Shown here: positions 1-9,951 of the stretch, in pieces
How the letters are laid out: each line of letters begins with the position of its first letter
How positions within the stretch are numbered: the first letter of the stretch is position 1
From: Candidatus Aminicenantes bacterium
Lineage (GTDB): Bacteria; Acidobacteriota; Aminicenantia; Aminicenantales; Saccharicenantaceae
Direction of reading: 5' to 3'
Length of the DNA: 64,000 nucleotides
Assembly: GCA_963813235.1 (NCBI GenBank)
Contig: CAWEYF010000015.1
Location: 283,003 to 347,002 of the forward strand
Translations under genes and position numbers: made by a program
The notes under the pieces: model-generated
Told to the model about the DNA's origin: nothing
Database searches by the model: none
Seen by the model: only the letters and a program-made list of their open reading frames with translations

Positions 1-627
1 AAGGTCCGTTTCATCGAGGGGGACCTATTCAAAGCCGACTTTCGCGAAGCCACGGTCGTATCTCTCTACCTCCTGACGAGCGTCAACCTCAAGCTGAGGC
101 CGCGGCTCCTTTCCGAGCTCGCGCCGGGGACCAGGATCGTCTCCCACAATTTCGCCATGGACGCGTGGAAGCCCGATGCCGCGTCCGAGATCAAAGTCGA
201 CGGGCGGACCCATACGGTCTACCTGTGGACCGTCCCGGCCAACGTCGGGGGGAAATGGACATGGACCATGGGAAAGCCCGCGGCCGCCTGGGAGATGACC
301 CTCGACCAGAGCTTCCAATTCGCCGTCGGGGCCGTGACCTTCAACGGGACGCCGCTCGCCGTCAAGGAGGTGGAGGTCCGCGGCGAGGTCGTTCGCGTCA
401 CGGCGGACGGGCCGGCGGGGCCGGGGACCTCCGTCGTCTTCGAAGGGAAGGCCGCCGACCATTCCCTCAGGGGCACGGCCAGGTTCAGGACTCCCGGCGG
501 GGAGCGCGAATGGAAATGGGATGCCTCGCGCGATCCGATGACGTCCAAGCCGCTCGACGTCGTGACGGACGCCGGAGAGTTCCGCCTTTCGGGAAATCGG
601 CCCGGAACCCTATCGCCGGCGCCTTGA
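1..627 (+). CDS. SAM-dependent methyltransferase, C-terminal part (5' end outside window)
   Basis: Frame +1 is open from nt 1 (KVRFIEGDLFKADFREATVVSLYLLTSVNLKLRPRLLSELAPGTRIVSHNF) and runs into listed ORF 157..627. That stretch resembles the distal strands of a class I Rossmann methyltransferase and is followed by a beta-rich extension of about 150 aa. Family-level call only. Confidence 0.55.
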   Translation, partial: KVRFIEGDLFKADFREATVVSLYLLTSVNLKLRPRLLSELAPGTRIVSHNFAMDAWKPDAASEIKVDGRTHTVYLWTVPANVGGKWTWTMGKPAAAWEMTLDQSFQFAVGAVTFNGTPLAVKEVEVRGEVVRVTADGPAGPGTSVVFEGKAADHSLRGTARFRTPGGEREWKWDASRDPMTSKPLDVVTDAGEFRLSGNRPGTLSPAP

Positions 628-1203
628 GGCCAAAGCCTTCCGGTAATCGTCCGGACGGTCCATGTCCGCTAGGACCGCCGGCGTCCTGACCGAGACCTCG
701 AGAACGTCGTCCGGGTGGTCGCGCAAGAGCTGTCTCAGCCCGACCGAAGGGTCCAGGGCCGTCACATCGTCCCGGTAGCGTTTATCGATGAGGACCGGAT
801 GGCCGCGTCGTCCGCGATAAACGGGCAGAACGACGCCTTTCCCGGTCCTTTCATGGGCGGCGATGAGCCGGTCGATGACGGACGCCGGGGGAGACGGATG
901 GTCGCCGAGAACGACGAGGAAGGCCCGTGCGGCGTCAGGGACTTCGCGAAGCCCCCGGAGGACCGAAGAGAGCATCCCGGCGCCGAAATCTTCATTAAAG
1001 ACGGCGCGGAACGCGAATTTCGAAACGACGGGCTCGATCGCCTCCCGATGGGCGCCCAGGACGACCACGACGTCGTCGACGCGCGACCTCAGGACCCCGG
1101 CGAGGACCGTCTCGATGAGAGTCTTCCGGCCGAACGGAAGCAGCATCTTGGGGCGGCCCATCCTCTCGGACCTTCCGGCGGCGAGGACGACGGCCGTAAT
1201 CAT
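610..1203 (-). CDS. MobA-like nucleotidyltransferase (Moco cytidylyl/guanylyl-transferase, MocA-type)
   Basis: Lies inside ORF 610..1437(-). Start taken at MITAVVLAAGRSERMGRPKMLLPF (ATG at 1203), which carries the LAAGxSxRMG signature. ATGA overlap with the stop of the upstream XdhC-family gene (1200-1203). The 78 upstream codons are Pro/Arg/Gly-rich read-through. Confidence 0.8.
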   Translation of the reverse strand: MITAVVLAAGRSERMGRPKMLLPFGRKTLIETVLAGVLRSRVDDVVVVLGAHREAIEPVVSKFAFRAVFNEDFGAGMLSSVLRGLREVPDAARAFLVVLGDHPSPPASVIDRLIAAHERTGKGVVLPVYRGRRGHPVLIDKRYRDDVTALDPSVGLRQLLRDHPDDVLEVSVRTPAVLADMDRPDDYRKALASRRRR

Positions 1204-2261
1204 GCCGGGCAACCGCCCTTCTCCATGTTCTCCCGGCGCGCCAGGACGAGCTCGGCGGCGATGCTGACGGCGATCTCCGGAACCGTCCGGGAGCGGATGG
1301 GCAGGCCCACCGGCGCGTGGACGCGGTCGAAGGCCTCGGCCGTCGCCCAACGCCGCCGGATGAACTCCTCCCGCTGGAGGGCGATCTTGCTCCGGCTCCC
1401 GATCATGCCGATGTAGCCCGCCCCCGAACGGATGCACGCCCTCAAGGCTTCTGTATCATGCCGGTGGCCTCGGGTGACGATGACGATGTAGGTGTCGCCG
1501 GAGATGCGAATGGCCCGGAGCGCCGCGCTGATGTCGCCGCAGACGATCTGGTCGGCCTCCGGGAGATTCGCCCGGTTCGCGAACGCGCGCCGGTCATCGA
1601 TGACCGATACCTCGAATTCGAGAAGATCCCCAAGCCGCGCGATCGCCCGGCCGATGTGGCCTGCGCCGGCGACGACCAGCCGGCAGGGCGGGAAGGCCGG
1701 TTCGATGAAGAGGAGGTTCTCGGTCACGGTCCCCCCGCGGCCCGGGACCCGGACCGTCGCCAGCCTGGGCGTCCCATCGGCGAACGCCGCAACGACCTTC
1801 CTGTCGATAGGAGAGCGCGACGACGCCTCGATCCAATCCCTCTTCACGGCGGTCCGCCCGCCGGGAGCCGTCGAGATCAGCGTCGCCAGGACGCCCCGCC
1901 GGCCCCGCGCGAGCGAACGCGCGAGCGCGGCGAAAACGCTCTTATGCCTGTCGGGCCGGGGGTCGACGAGGACTTTGACCTCTCCCCCGCAGACCTCCTC
2001 GTCCTCCGCGAGATCCTTGCCCCCAAGAGCCCGATCGAAGACGAGCGGGCCGCCCGTCCTCAAGCCCCGGGACGCGGCTTTTCGGGCGGCGGCCTCGAGC
2101 GCCCCGCCACCGACCGTGCCGTCGATGAGCTTGCGCGCGGAGAAGAGCGCCGCGGCCCCGGCCTTCTGCGGCGCGGAGCCTTTTGCTTCCAGGATCACCG
2201 CCAGCGCGATCCTCTCCCCTCTCTCCAACCTGTCGGACAGTCGAACGTGAAAGCTCTTCAT
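1200..2261 (-). CDS. XdhC/CoxI-family Moco insertion/maturation protein
   Basis: ORF 1200..2288(-). N-terminal XdhC_CoxI-like region (ALAVILEAKGSAPQKAGAAALF) plus a Rossmann-like C-terminal region (RLVVAGAGHIGRAIARL). Start preferred at ATG 2261 (MKSFHV), which has GGAGGA 9 nt upstream; GTG 2288 is the alternative. Confidence 0.85.
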   Translation of the reverse strand: MKSFHVRLSDRLERGERIALAVILEAKGSAPQKAGAAALFSARKLIDGTVGGGALEAAARKAASRGLRTGGPLVFDRALGGKDLAEDEEVCGGEVKVLVDPRPDRHKSVFAALARSLARGRRGVLATLISTAPGGRTAVKRDWIEASSRSPIDRKVVAAFADGTPRLATVRVPGRGGTVTENLLFIEPAFPPCRLVVAGAGHIGRAIARLGDLLEFEVSVIDDRRAFANRANLPEADQIVCGDISAALRAIRISGDTYIVIVTRGHRHDTEALRACIRSGAGYIGMIGSRSKIALQREEFIRRRWATAEAFDRVHAPVGLPIRSRTVPEIAVSIAAELVLARRENMEKGGCPA

Positions 2262-2337
2262 GCCCCTCGTCCTCCGCGGGTTCTTCACTTATTGTTAGCA
2301 TATCGGGAAGACGATGGGAAGCGTCCCGGCGACGGTT

Positions 2338-2366
2338 TTGACAACCCCCGGGGAACGTGGTAATTT
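2338..2366 (+). promoter_or_regulatory. candidate sigma70-type promoter for the oxidoreductase operon
   Basis: TTGACA (2338-2343), 17-nt spacer, TAATTT (2361-2366). It sits 24 nt upstream of the ATG at 2390, which has a GGGAGG SD. Confidence 0.4.
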
Positions 2367-2389
2367 CCCTTTAGCAAGGGAGGCCCGTA

Positions 2390-2878
2390 ATGAAACGAAC
2401 CATCCGTTTCACCCTGAACGGTGAGCCCGTGAGCCTATCGGTCGACGGGGACCGCATGCTCCTATGGGTCCTGAGGACCGAACTGGGGCTTACCGGGACG
2501 AAATACGGTTGCGGCGAAGGTCATTGCGGGGCCTGCACGGTCCTCGTCGGCGTCGAACCCGTCCGGTCCTGCCAGTACCCGGTCAAGGACATCGAGGGCA
2601 AGCGGGTGACGACGATCGAGGGATTGGCCAAGGAGGGGACGCTTCATCCCCTGCAGGAAGCCTTTGCGAAGCATGACGCCCTCCAGTGCGGCTATTGTAC
2701 GCCGGGAATGCTCGTCACCGCGCACGCTTTTCTCCTGAAAAGCCCGAAGCCTACGGAAAGCGACATTCTGGCCGCGCTCGAAGGCAACCTCTGCCGCTGC
2801 GGCGCCCATCGACGCATCGTCATGGCGGTCGCGGACGCGTCCGCGGCCCGGAAAGGAGCCTCCCGTGAAAAAGGATGA
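2390..2878 (+). CDS. (2Fe-2S)-binding small subunit of a xanthine dehydrogenase/aldehyde oxidoreductase-family enzyme
   Basis: Both Fe-S motifs are present: CGEGHCGACTV and CGYCTPGM...CRCGAH. GGGAGG SD 7 nt upstream. Confidence 0.9.
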   Translation: MKRTIRFTLNGEPVSLSVDGDRMLLWVLRTELGLTGTKYGCGEGHCGACTVLVGVEPVRSCQYPVKDIEGKRVTTIEGLAKEGTLHPLQEAFAKHDALQCGYCTPGMLVTAHAFLLKSPKPTESDILAALEGNLCRCGAHRRIVMAVADASAARKGASREKG

Positions 2879-5012
2879 GCTCGACGAATACTCCCGCCCC
2901 GGAGGGTTGGCCCGTCGGGACTTCCTGAAGATCGCCGGCGGCGGCGTAGTCGTCGCCGTCTCGCTCGGGGACCTCCCGGCCCTCCAACAGGAGGCGCGAC
3001 GGAGGGGTCCGGGTTACCCGGAGGACTTCAACGCCTATCTCCGCGTCGGGGAGGACGGCCGGGTGACCGGGTATACGGGCAAGATCGAGATGGGGCAGGG
3101 CGCGATCACGTCCCTGCCCCAGATGATCGCCGACGAGCTGGACGTCCCGGTCGAATCCGTGAACATGGTCATGGGCGATACGGACACCTGTCCGTGGGAC
3201 ATGGGGACGTTCGGATCGCAGACCACACGGTATTTCGGGCCGGCCCTGCGAGCGGCGGCGGCGGAGGCCCGTGGCGTCCTGATAGAGCTCGCGTCCGAGA
3301 AGCTCAAGGTCCCGAAAGAGCGCCTCGCGGTCTGCGACGGAGTCGTCTACGACACAGCCCGCCCTTCCGTGAAGGTCTCTTACGCGGAGCTCGCCGCGGG
3401 CAAGCGCATCGAACGGCATATCACGCCTAAGCCCTCCCCCAAGCCGGTCGGAGAGTGGAAGGTCATGGGGAGGCCTTTCCTCCATAGGGACGCCCGCGAT
3501 AAGGTCACGGGGAAGGCCCTGTACGCCGGGGATATCCGCCTGCCGGGCATGCTTTACGCGAAGGTCCTCAGGCCGCCGGCCCACGGCGCGAAACTGAAGG
3601 CCTTGGACACGGCCGCGGCGGAAACGGTCGCGGGGGCCAGGATCCTTCGGGACGTCGACCTTGTCGCCGTCCTTCACGAGCTTCCGGATGCGGCGTCGGC
3701 AGCCTTGGTCCTCGTCAAGGCGGAGTACGAGGTGCCGGAGGCGAAGCTCGACGGCGAAAACATCTTCGACCACCTGCGCGCCGTCGCGCCGGAGGGCGAT
3801 GTCGTGGCCCATGGAGGCGACCTCGGCAAGGGCGAGACCCTCGCGACATCCGTGTTCGACGAGACCTATCTGAACGGCTACGTCGCCCACACCCCGATGG
3901 AACCGCATACGGCCCTGGCGAGCGTCGAAGGGGACCGGGCGACGGTCTGGGCGTCGACCCAGGCGCCGTTCCGGCTCAAGGACGAGGTCGCCCAGGCGCT
4001 GGGCGTCCCGCCGGCGAACGTCCGGATCATCACGCCGTTCGTCGGCGGAGGGTTCGGCGGAAAAACCCGCAACATCCAGGCCGTTCAGGCCGTGCGCCTG
4101 TCGAAGCTCGCGGGGAAGCCCGTCCAGGTCGCCTGGAGCCGGGCCGACGAATTCTTCTACGACTCCTTCCGCCCTGCGGCCGTCGTTCGCATCAAGTCGG
4201 GGACCGACGCTACCGGGAGAATCGTCCTCTGGGATTACGAGGTCCTCTTCGCCGGGGAACGGAGCTCGGCCCAGTTCTACGACATCCCCCACCACCGGAC
4301 CGTCTCGCGCGGGGAATGGGGCGGCGGGCCGAGCGCGCACCCGTTCGCGGTCGGGGCGTGGCGGGCGCCGGGCTCCAATACCAACGTCTTCGCCCGTGAG
4401 GGCCAGATCGATGTCATGGCGGCGAAATCGGGAGCGGACCCGTTCGAGTTCCGGCTGAAGAACCTGGCCGACGAGCGGATGAAGCGAGTCCTCGGCGCGG
4501 CCGCGGACAGGTTCGGCTGGAAGCCGGCGGCCGCCCCGAGCGGCCGGGGCCTGGCCATCGTTTGCTCGGATTACCTGGGGACTTACGTCGCCACCGCCGC
4601 CGAGGTCGGCGTCGACAGGGAGACCGGGCACATCAAGGTCAAGAGGGTCGTCTGCGCCCAAGACATGGGCCAGTGCGTCAATCCCGAGGGGGCGCGTATC
4701 CAGATCGAAGGCTGTATCACGATGGGCCTCGGCTACGCCCTGACCGAGGAGGTCCGTTTCAAGGGCGGCGAGGTCCTCGACCTGAATTTCGACACATACG
4801 AGATCCCGCGTTTCTCGTGGCTCCCGGAGATCGAAACCGTCATCGTGGAGAACGACGCCCTTCCGGCCTCTGGCGGAGGGGAGCCCGCCATCATCAACAT
4901 GGGCGCCGTCCTGGCCAACGCCGTGTTCGACGCGACGGGGGCTCGGCTCTTCCGGCTTCCGATGACGCCGGCAAGGGTGAAGGCGGCGCTTGCCGGAGCG
5001 GCGGTGAAATGA
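2865..5012 (+). CDS. molybdopterin-binding large subunit (IorB/aldehyde oxidoreductase-like) with twin-arginine signal
   Basis: 715 aa. N-terminal TAT motif ARRDFLKIAGGGVVVA. Xanthine dehydrogenase-family aldehyde oxidase a/b-hammerhead and Moco-binding type sequence (GGGFGGK, GEPAIINMGAVLANAV). GTG start preceded by AAGGAG; overlaps the small-subunit stop. Confidence 0.9.
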   Translation: MKKDELDEYSRPGGLARRDFLKIAGGGVVVAVSLGDLPALQQEARRRGPGYPEDFNAYLRVGEDGRVTGYTGKIEMGQGAITSLPQMIADELDVPVESVNMVMGDTDTCPWDMGTFGSQTTRYFGPALRAAAAEARGVLIELASEKLKVPKERLAVCDGVVYDTARPSVKVSYAELAAGKRIERHITPKPSPKPVGEWKVMGRPFLHRDARDKVTGKALYAGDIRLPGMLYAKVLRPPAHGAKLKALDTAAAETVAGARILRDVDLVAVLHELPDAASAALVLVKAEYEVPEAKLDGENIFDHLRAVAPEGDVVAHGGDLGKGETLATSVFDETYLNGYVAHTPMEPHTALASVEGDRATVWASTQAPFRLKDEVAQALGVPPANVRIITPFVGGGFGGKTRNIQAVQAVRLSKLAGKPVQVAWSRADEFFYDSFRPAAVVRIKSGTDATGRIVLWDYEVLFAGERSSAQFYDIPHHRTVSRGEWGGGPSAHPFAVGAWRAPGSNTNVFAREGQIDVMAAKSGADPFEFRLKNLADERMKRVLGAAADRFGWKPAAAPSGRGLAIVCSDYLGTYVATAAEVGVDRETGHIKVKRVVCAQDMGQCVNPEGARIQIEGCITMGLGYALTEEVRFKGGEVLDLNFDTYEIPRFSWLPEIETVIVENDALPASGGGEPAIINMGAVLANAVFDATGARLFRLPMTPARVKAALAGAAVK

Positions 5013-5668
5013 ACCGAAAGGAATTGGGCATGAACAAAAGAACGATCGCGAAGAGCACGGGGACGGTCATCGCCCTGGGGGCGGTCTGGGGCCTCGCCGA
5101 GTGCGCCCTGGGGGCGGGACTGCAGGCGTGCGCGAAGTCGATCTCCGGGTCCTTGATGACCGGGGTGGCGCTGTTCTTCGTCGCCGCGGCCTGGGCGGTC
5201 TCGAGGAAAGCGCTCAACGTGGCCCTCCTGGTCGGGATCGTTGTCCTGTTCAAGACGTTCGACGCCCTGCTCCTCGGTCTTCCCCTCGGGTCCGGGGCGA
5301 TCGCGAACCCGGTGTTCGCGTTCGTCCTGGGAGGGGCGGGGTTCCTCGCGGCGGCGGCCCTCGTCGGAAGGTCCCGTGGCGAAAGGACGTCCGGGCGGGC
5401 CCTGATGGGCGGCGCGGGGGCTTTCCTCGCCGTCGCAGCCTTCCCCCTCGTCGGCTTCTTCACCGGAAACGCCGCCTGCCTGGCTGCGGGGACTACGATC
5501 CCCATGGTCTGGTACTACAGCCCGATCGCGATCGCGCTGTCGCTTCTCACCGTGCCGCTCGGCATGAGGTTCGGAGAGAGAGCGCGGATATTCGAATCCA
5601 GGGTTCTGGCGCCGTCGCTCGCCCTGGCCCTGAGCCTCGCCCTTATGGTCATCTTCAGGAGCCTCTAG
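5009..5668 (+). CDS. hypothetical polytopic membrane protein, third gene of the oxidoreductase operon
   Basis: The ATG at 5009 overlaps the large-subunit TGA (ATGA). The protein is Ala/Gly/Leu-rich with about 6 hydrophobic spans. The first 149 codons of listed ORF 4562..5668 overlap the large subunit and are not credible. Confidence 0.55.
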   Translation: MNRKELGMNKRTIAKSTGTVIALGAVWGLAECALGAGLQACAKSISGSLMTGVALFFVAAAWAVSRKALNVALLVGIVVLFKTFDALLLGLPLGSGAIANPVFAFVLGGAGFLAAAALVGRSRGERTSGRALMGGAGAFLAVAAFPLVGFFTGNAACLAAGTTIPMVWYYSPIAIALSLLTVPLGMRFGERARIFESRVLAPSLALALSLALMVIFRSL

Positions 5669-5690
5669 GGGCGGAAAAACCCAGGATCTC

Positions 5691-7256
5691 ATGACCATAT
5701 TCGACAGGGCGGGCGCTTTCTATGGAAGGCGGCGGGCGGCCGTCATCGTCGGGGGCATCGGGGCTTTTTGTCTCGTCGTCAACCTCGTCTGGCTCGCCCG
5801 CGACACCCTCCCCCCGCCTGGGACCAGGCCGCCCACGCCGATCATTGCCTCTCCTATCTCAGGCTTCTCGGGGCGCCGGCGGCGCTTTCGCTGACCAAGC
5901 TCCTGACGGTCTCGTCCTATTACCCGCCATTCTTTTATCTCATAACGGTCCCAGATGAGCGCCCTGTTCGGTTTCTCATGCGACGTCATCGCCGCGACGA
6001 ACGTCGGCTTCCTCCTGGTCCTGGGATTCGCCGTATTCAAGGTCGGCGAACGCCTCTTCGGTCCTGCTGCGGGGACCGGCGCCGCGGTTCTCGTCGCGCT
6101 GTACCCGGCTGTTTTCGGGCTGTCTCGGGAGCTCCTTTTGGACGTCCCGGTATTGGCCATGGTGGGTTTGTCCCAATATGTCATCCTTGCCGGCAAGGCC
6201 GGCACGAGCCTCAAGAGGGGCGCCCTCCTGGGTCTCGTCATCGGGCTCTCGGTCATGACCAAATGGACCGCCGTGGCTTTCCTGGCCGGAACGTTCCTCG
6301 TGGTCTACGGGGAAGAGTTCGTTAAGGGGAACGGGCTTTCCCGCAAGAAGCTCCTGGCCTCCCTGGCGATCGCCCTGGGCGTCTTCCTGGCCATTGTCCT
6401 TCCCTGGTTCCTGGCGAACCGCGTGGAATTCGCAAAGATCTCTTCCTCGGCCCTTTACGTGGATTCCGCTCTTCAGGGCGACCCGACCCGTTTCGCGGCC
6501 TCGGTCGCCTGGTATGGGAAAGCTCTTTGGAAAGCGCTGGTCTCGCCTCTCCTCGCGATCTTCACGCTCCTCGGGATGGCGGCGTTCGGCTTCGGCGTCC
6601 GGAAGGGAAAGGCCGCGGCCTTCCTCGCCGCCTGGGCCCTTCCGGCCTTTCTCGTCTTCGTCCTGGTCCCGAACAAGGACGGAAGGAATATCGTCCCCCT
6701 CCTCCCGGCCCTGGCCCTCTGCGCCGCGGCCGGGCTCGACACCCTGCGACCGGCATTCTTGAAACGGGCCGCCTGGTGCCTCCTCGTCCTTTCCGGGACC
6801 GTCCAGTTCTTCGCTTTCTCGTTCGGGATCCCTCCCGGCCTGAAGAACGGCTATGCCCGTCCGCCCCGGCATGAGGATTGGAGGGCCGGGGAGATCCTGA
6901 GGTTTCTCGCCGACCGCCGGCCGGGCCGTTCGCTCCGCGTCGCGTTCCTTCCCGACCTCCCCTATTTCAACTTCAGCACATTCAGGTTCACCGCTCATCT
7001 CGCGAACCTGCCTTTCGTCATCGATCCCGTCGGGACCGGACCCCAGACGCTCGAAACGCTCGGCGGGTACGACGTCCTGATATCGAAGTCCGGGCCTCTC
7101 GCTGTTCGGCACACGCTGAAGGAGAGGGCGGCCTTCCGGGAACGATTCGACGTTTCCCTGAAGAGAGAGGCCCGGAAGGGGTTCCCTTTCCGTCCCTGGA
7201 AGACGTTCCGCCTGCCGGACGGGTCGAAGGCCCGCCTTTTTGCCAGACTGGAATAG
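5691..7256 (+). pseudogene. GT39-like (ArnT/PMT-type) membrane glycosyltransferase, two frame changes as assembled
   Basis: The N-terminus starts in frame of 5691. It continues in frame of ORF 5768 (PPAWDQAAHADHCLSYL...SSYYPPFFYLITVP, the typical GT39 motif region). It then moves to ORF 5955..7256. Frame changes at about 5810 (C-run) and about 5950. Confidence 0.6.
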
Positions 7257-7351
7257 GAGTGACCCGAGGGCCCCATGCGCCAGGTGATCGGCCTTCTCAC
7301 TACGGATGGCGCCAAAACATACCCGAAGAACTTTTTTCCCTCCCGGAAGTT

Positions 7352-7380
7352 TTGACAAAAAATAACGTCTCAAATATTAT
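7352..7380 (+). promoter_or_regulatory. strong sigma70-type promoter for the tolC-MFP-RND operon
   Basis: TTGACA (7352-7357), 17-nt spacer, TATTAT (7375-7380), in a locally AT-rich patch 36 nt upstream of ATG 7416. Confidence 0.55.
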
Positions 7381-7415
7381 GGATAACTATATCCGGACCG
7401 AAACGAGCCTCTAAC

Positions 7416-8762
7416 ATGAGCAAAAAAAGCCGTTCACGCATGCGCGTCCGGCCGGCCACGGCCGTCATCGGGGCCCTCCTGTCCCTCGCCCCCTCGATTG
7501 CCCGCGCCGAGGACGCCGGCCTGACCCTCGAGACCGCCGTCCGGCTGGCCCTGACCCGGAACGAACGAGCGCTGGCCGCCGATGCCCAGATCAAGGCGGC
7601 CGAGGCCCGCGTTACGCGGGCGCGGTCGTATTTCATGCCGACGTTGACCACTACCGGCACATATACCCGCAGGCCGTTCGAGGTCAAGAGGACGGTCGGG
7701 GACACCGATATCGTCATCCAAAGCTACAACGCATTCGGTGCGGTGGCCCAGGTCAATATGACCCTGTTCGACGCCCGAAGCCTTCCGGCCCTCCTCCAGG
7801 CCAATTCCGAGCGGAACGCCCAACGTTTCGCCTCGGCCGAGAGCCTCCGCCAGCTGTCCTTCGAGGTCAGCAACGCGTTCCTAGCCAGTCTTGGCACAGA
7901 CCAGGTCCTCGAGGCGTCCCGGAACCGCTTCGAATATGCCCGGCAAGCGATGGAGGCCGCCAAGGCCCGCTACGTCGCCGGCCTGGTCTCGGTCAACGAC
8001 GTGACCCGGGCCGAGCTCGAGTACGCCACGGCGGAGATGGGGGTCATCCAGGTCAAGGGGCAGGTCGAGACGACCTATCTCGAGCTTGGTTTTCTCCTCG
8101 ACGACCCGGAAACGGCCAGGAAAAAGCTCGTCATTCCCGAGTTCCTGCTCCGGGAGGCCGAGGACGGGCCGCCGGCCGTCGAGCGGATGATTGCCGAGGC
8201 CCAGGACCGCCGGCTCGACCTGGGGTCCCTGCGCTATCTCGCAAAGGCCCAGCGCGCCCTGATGATCGAACCCACGCTCCGCTGGCTGCCCGCGCTGAGC
8301 TTCAACGGACAATACCGGTACACGAACGAATCGGGGCTGACCGGACGCCCGACGAACTGGAACTTGGGCCTGACCCTGACCTGGGCCATCTTCGACGGGT
8401 TCAGCCGCAACGCCGACTACAAAGAGCGCAAGGCTCTGGCCGTGCTGGCCGACCTCGACGTCAAGACGGCCATGCGCAAGGTCGAGCTCGACGTCCGGGA
8501 CGCCCTGGTTTCCCTGGACAACCAGAGGGCCACACTGAAGCAGGCGTTGGTCGCCCGGGATGTCGCCCGGAAGAATGCCACGGAGACGGCCGAACTCTAC
8601 CGGCAGGGTCTCGGCACCGCCCTCCAGGCTGCCGATGCCAACGTCCGGCTGTTCGAGGCCGAGGTCGAGCTCGTCCGTGAACGTTACGGCCTGGGGATCG
8701 CCTTTCTGAATTTTGAAGCCGCACTGGGACTCGATCCGTTCGGCAAGGAGCCAACGCTGTGA
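7416..8762 (+). CDS. TolC-family outer-membrane efflux channel
   Basis: 448 aa with a signal peptide (AVIGALLSLAPSIARA). Two OEP-type repeats with coiled-coil-like Ala/Leu/Glu/Arg-rich segments. GTGA overlap with the next gene. Confidence 0.9.
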   Translation: MSKKSRSRMRVRPATAVIGALLSLAPSIARAEDAGLTLETAVRLALTRNERALAADAQIKAAEARVTRARSYFMPTLTTTGTYTRRPFEVKRTVGDTDIVIQSYNAFGAVAQVNMTLFDARSLPALLQANSERNAQRFASAESLRQLSFEVSNAFLASLGTDQVLEASRNRFEYARQAMEAAKARYVAGLVSVNDVTRAELEYATAEMGVIQVKGQVETTYLELGFLLDDPETARKKLVIPEFLLREAEDGPPAVERMIAEAQDRRLDLGSLRYLAKAQRALMIEPTLRWLPALSFNGQYRYTNESGLTGRPTNWNLGLTLTWAIFDGFSRNADYKERKALAVLADLDVKTAMRKVELDVRDALVSLDNQRATLKQALVARDVARKNATETAELYRQGLGTALQAADANVRLFEAEVELVRERYGLGIAFLNFEAALGLDPFGKEPTL

Positions 8763-9927
8763 AAACGAAGAAGATCATCATGCCCGTCATCGTCGCGGTC
8801 GCTCTCGTCTTTTTCGCCGCATCGTGTAAGAAGGGCCCGGGGGGGGCAAAGGGGAAGGGACCGGGAAGAAAGCAGCCTTCGACAGGTCCAAGATCACGTT
8901 CCCCGTCGAGACCCAGCCCGTCTCGCTCCGGTCGCTCGTGTACACCGTCAACGCCGTCGGCTCGGTCGATGCCTTCGAAAAGGTCCAGGTCACGGCCCGC
9001 GTGGCCGGCGTCGTCGACCGCGTCCTTTTCTCGGAAGGGAACCTCGCCCGGGTGGACCAGGTCCTCGTCGAGATCGAGCCGGAACGCTACAGCCTGGCCG
9101 TCGAGGCGGCCCAAGCCTCCACCGAGAAGGCCGTCGCCTCGCTGGCCGACGCCGAGGCCGGCCTCAAGCGCCGCGTGGCCGTCACCGACCAGAATCCGGG
9201 CCTGATCCCGGGCGAGGAGGTGGAGACGTGGCGGACCCGGGTGGCCGTGGCCAAGTCCGACGTGGCCCAGGCGAAGGCCGCCCTCAACCAGGCCAAGCTC
9301 AACCTCCACGACGCGTACGTCCGGGCCCCGTTCTCCGGGATTCTCCAGACCCGGACGGTCCAGACCGGCGCGTACGTCGAGACCGGGACCGTCCTGGCCA
9401 CGCTCGTCCGGCGCGACCCCCTGCTCCTCCGGTTCAAGGTCCCCGAACGCGACGCCGTCCGGCTCCGGGCCGGTATGAAGGCCGATTTCAGGGTCCGGAA
9501 CTCGGAGGCGCAGTTCGCGTCGAAGATCGTTCACGTCGCCGAATCCGCCGACGACAGCACGCGGCTGGTGGCGGTCACCGCCGAGGTCGAAGACACCCGG
9601 GACGAGGCCCTCCGTCCCGGCACGTTCGCCGAGATCGTTGTCCCGGTGAGCAGCGAGCGGACGGCCCCGATCATCCCGCAGACGGCCATCCGGCCGTCCG
9701 ACCGCGGGTTCATCGCTTTCGTCGTCGAGAACGACGCGGCGGCGGAACGGATCCTCCAGCTCGGGATGCGGACCGCCGACGGCCAGGTCGAGGTCCTCTC
9801 GGGGCTCAAGCCCGGCGAACGGCTTGTCATCCGCGGGGCCGAGGCCCTCCGCAACGGCGCGCCCGTCAAAGAGACCGCCTCGGAGGCCGCGCCCTCCCCC
9901 GACCGGCCGGTTCCGGGGAAGGACTAG
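8759..9927 (+). pseudogene. RND efflux periplasmic adaptor (MFP/HlyD family) lipoprotein, one frame change
   Basis: The lipoprotein signal MKTKKIIMPVIVAVALVFFAASC is in frame of 8759. The body (ORF 8938..9927: barrel-sandwich hybrid domain VTARVAGVVDRVLFSEGNLARVDQVLVEIE) is in another frame. The switch lies between 8835 and 8865, which contains a G8 run (8839-8846). Confidence 0.85.
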
Positions 9928-9951
9928 ACCGGAGAGCCCGGGAGACGAGCC

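Noticed and set aside
2289-2389. Moco riboswitch upstream of the Moco-enzyme operon
   Set aside because: Only about 25 nt lie between the candidate -10 box and the start codon, which is far too short for the 130-nt or so Moco RNA motif. No conserved motif sequence was seen.
2820-4661. 613-codon ORF on the minus strand opposite the Moco large subunit
   Set aside because: It is Arg/Pro/Gly/Asp-rich low-complexity translation with no recognisable motifs. This is the typical antisense 'shadow' ORF of high-GC coding DNA, and the plus-strand gene has clear family motifs.
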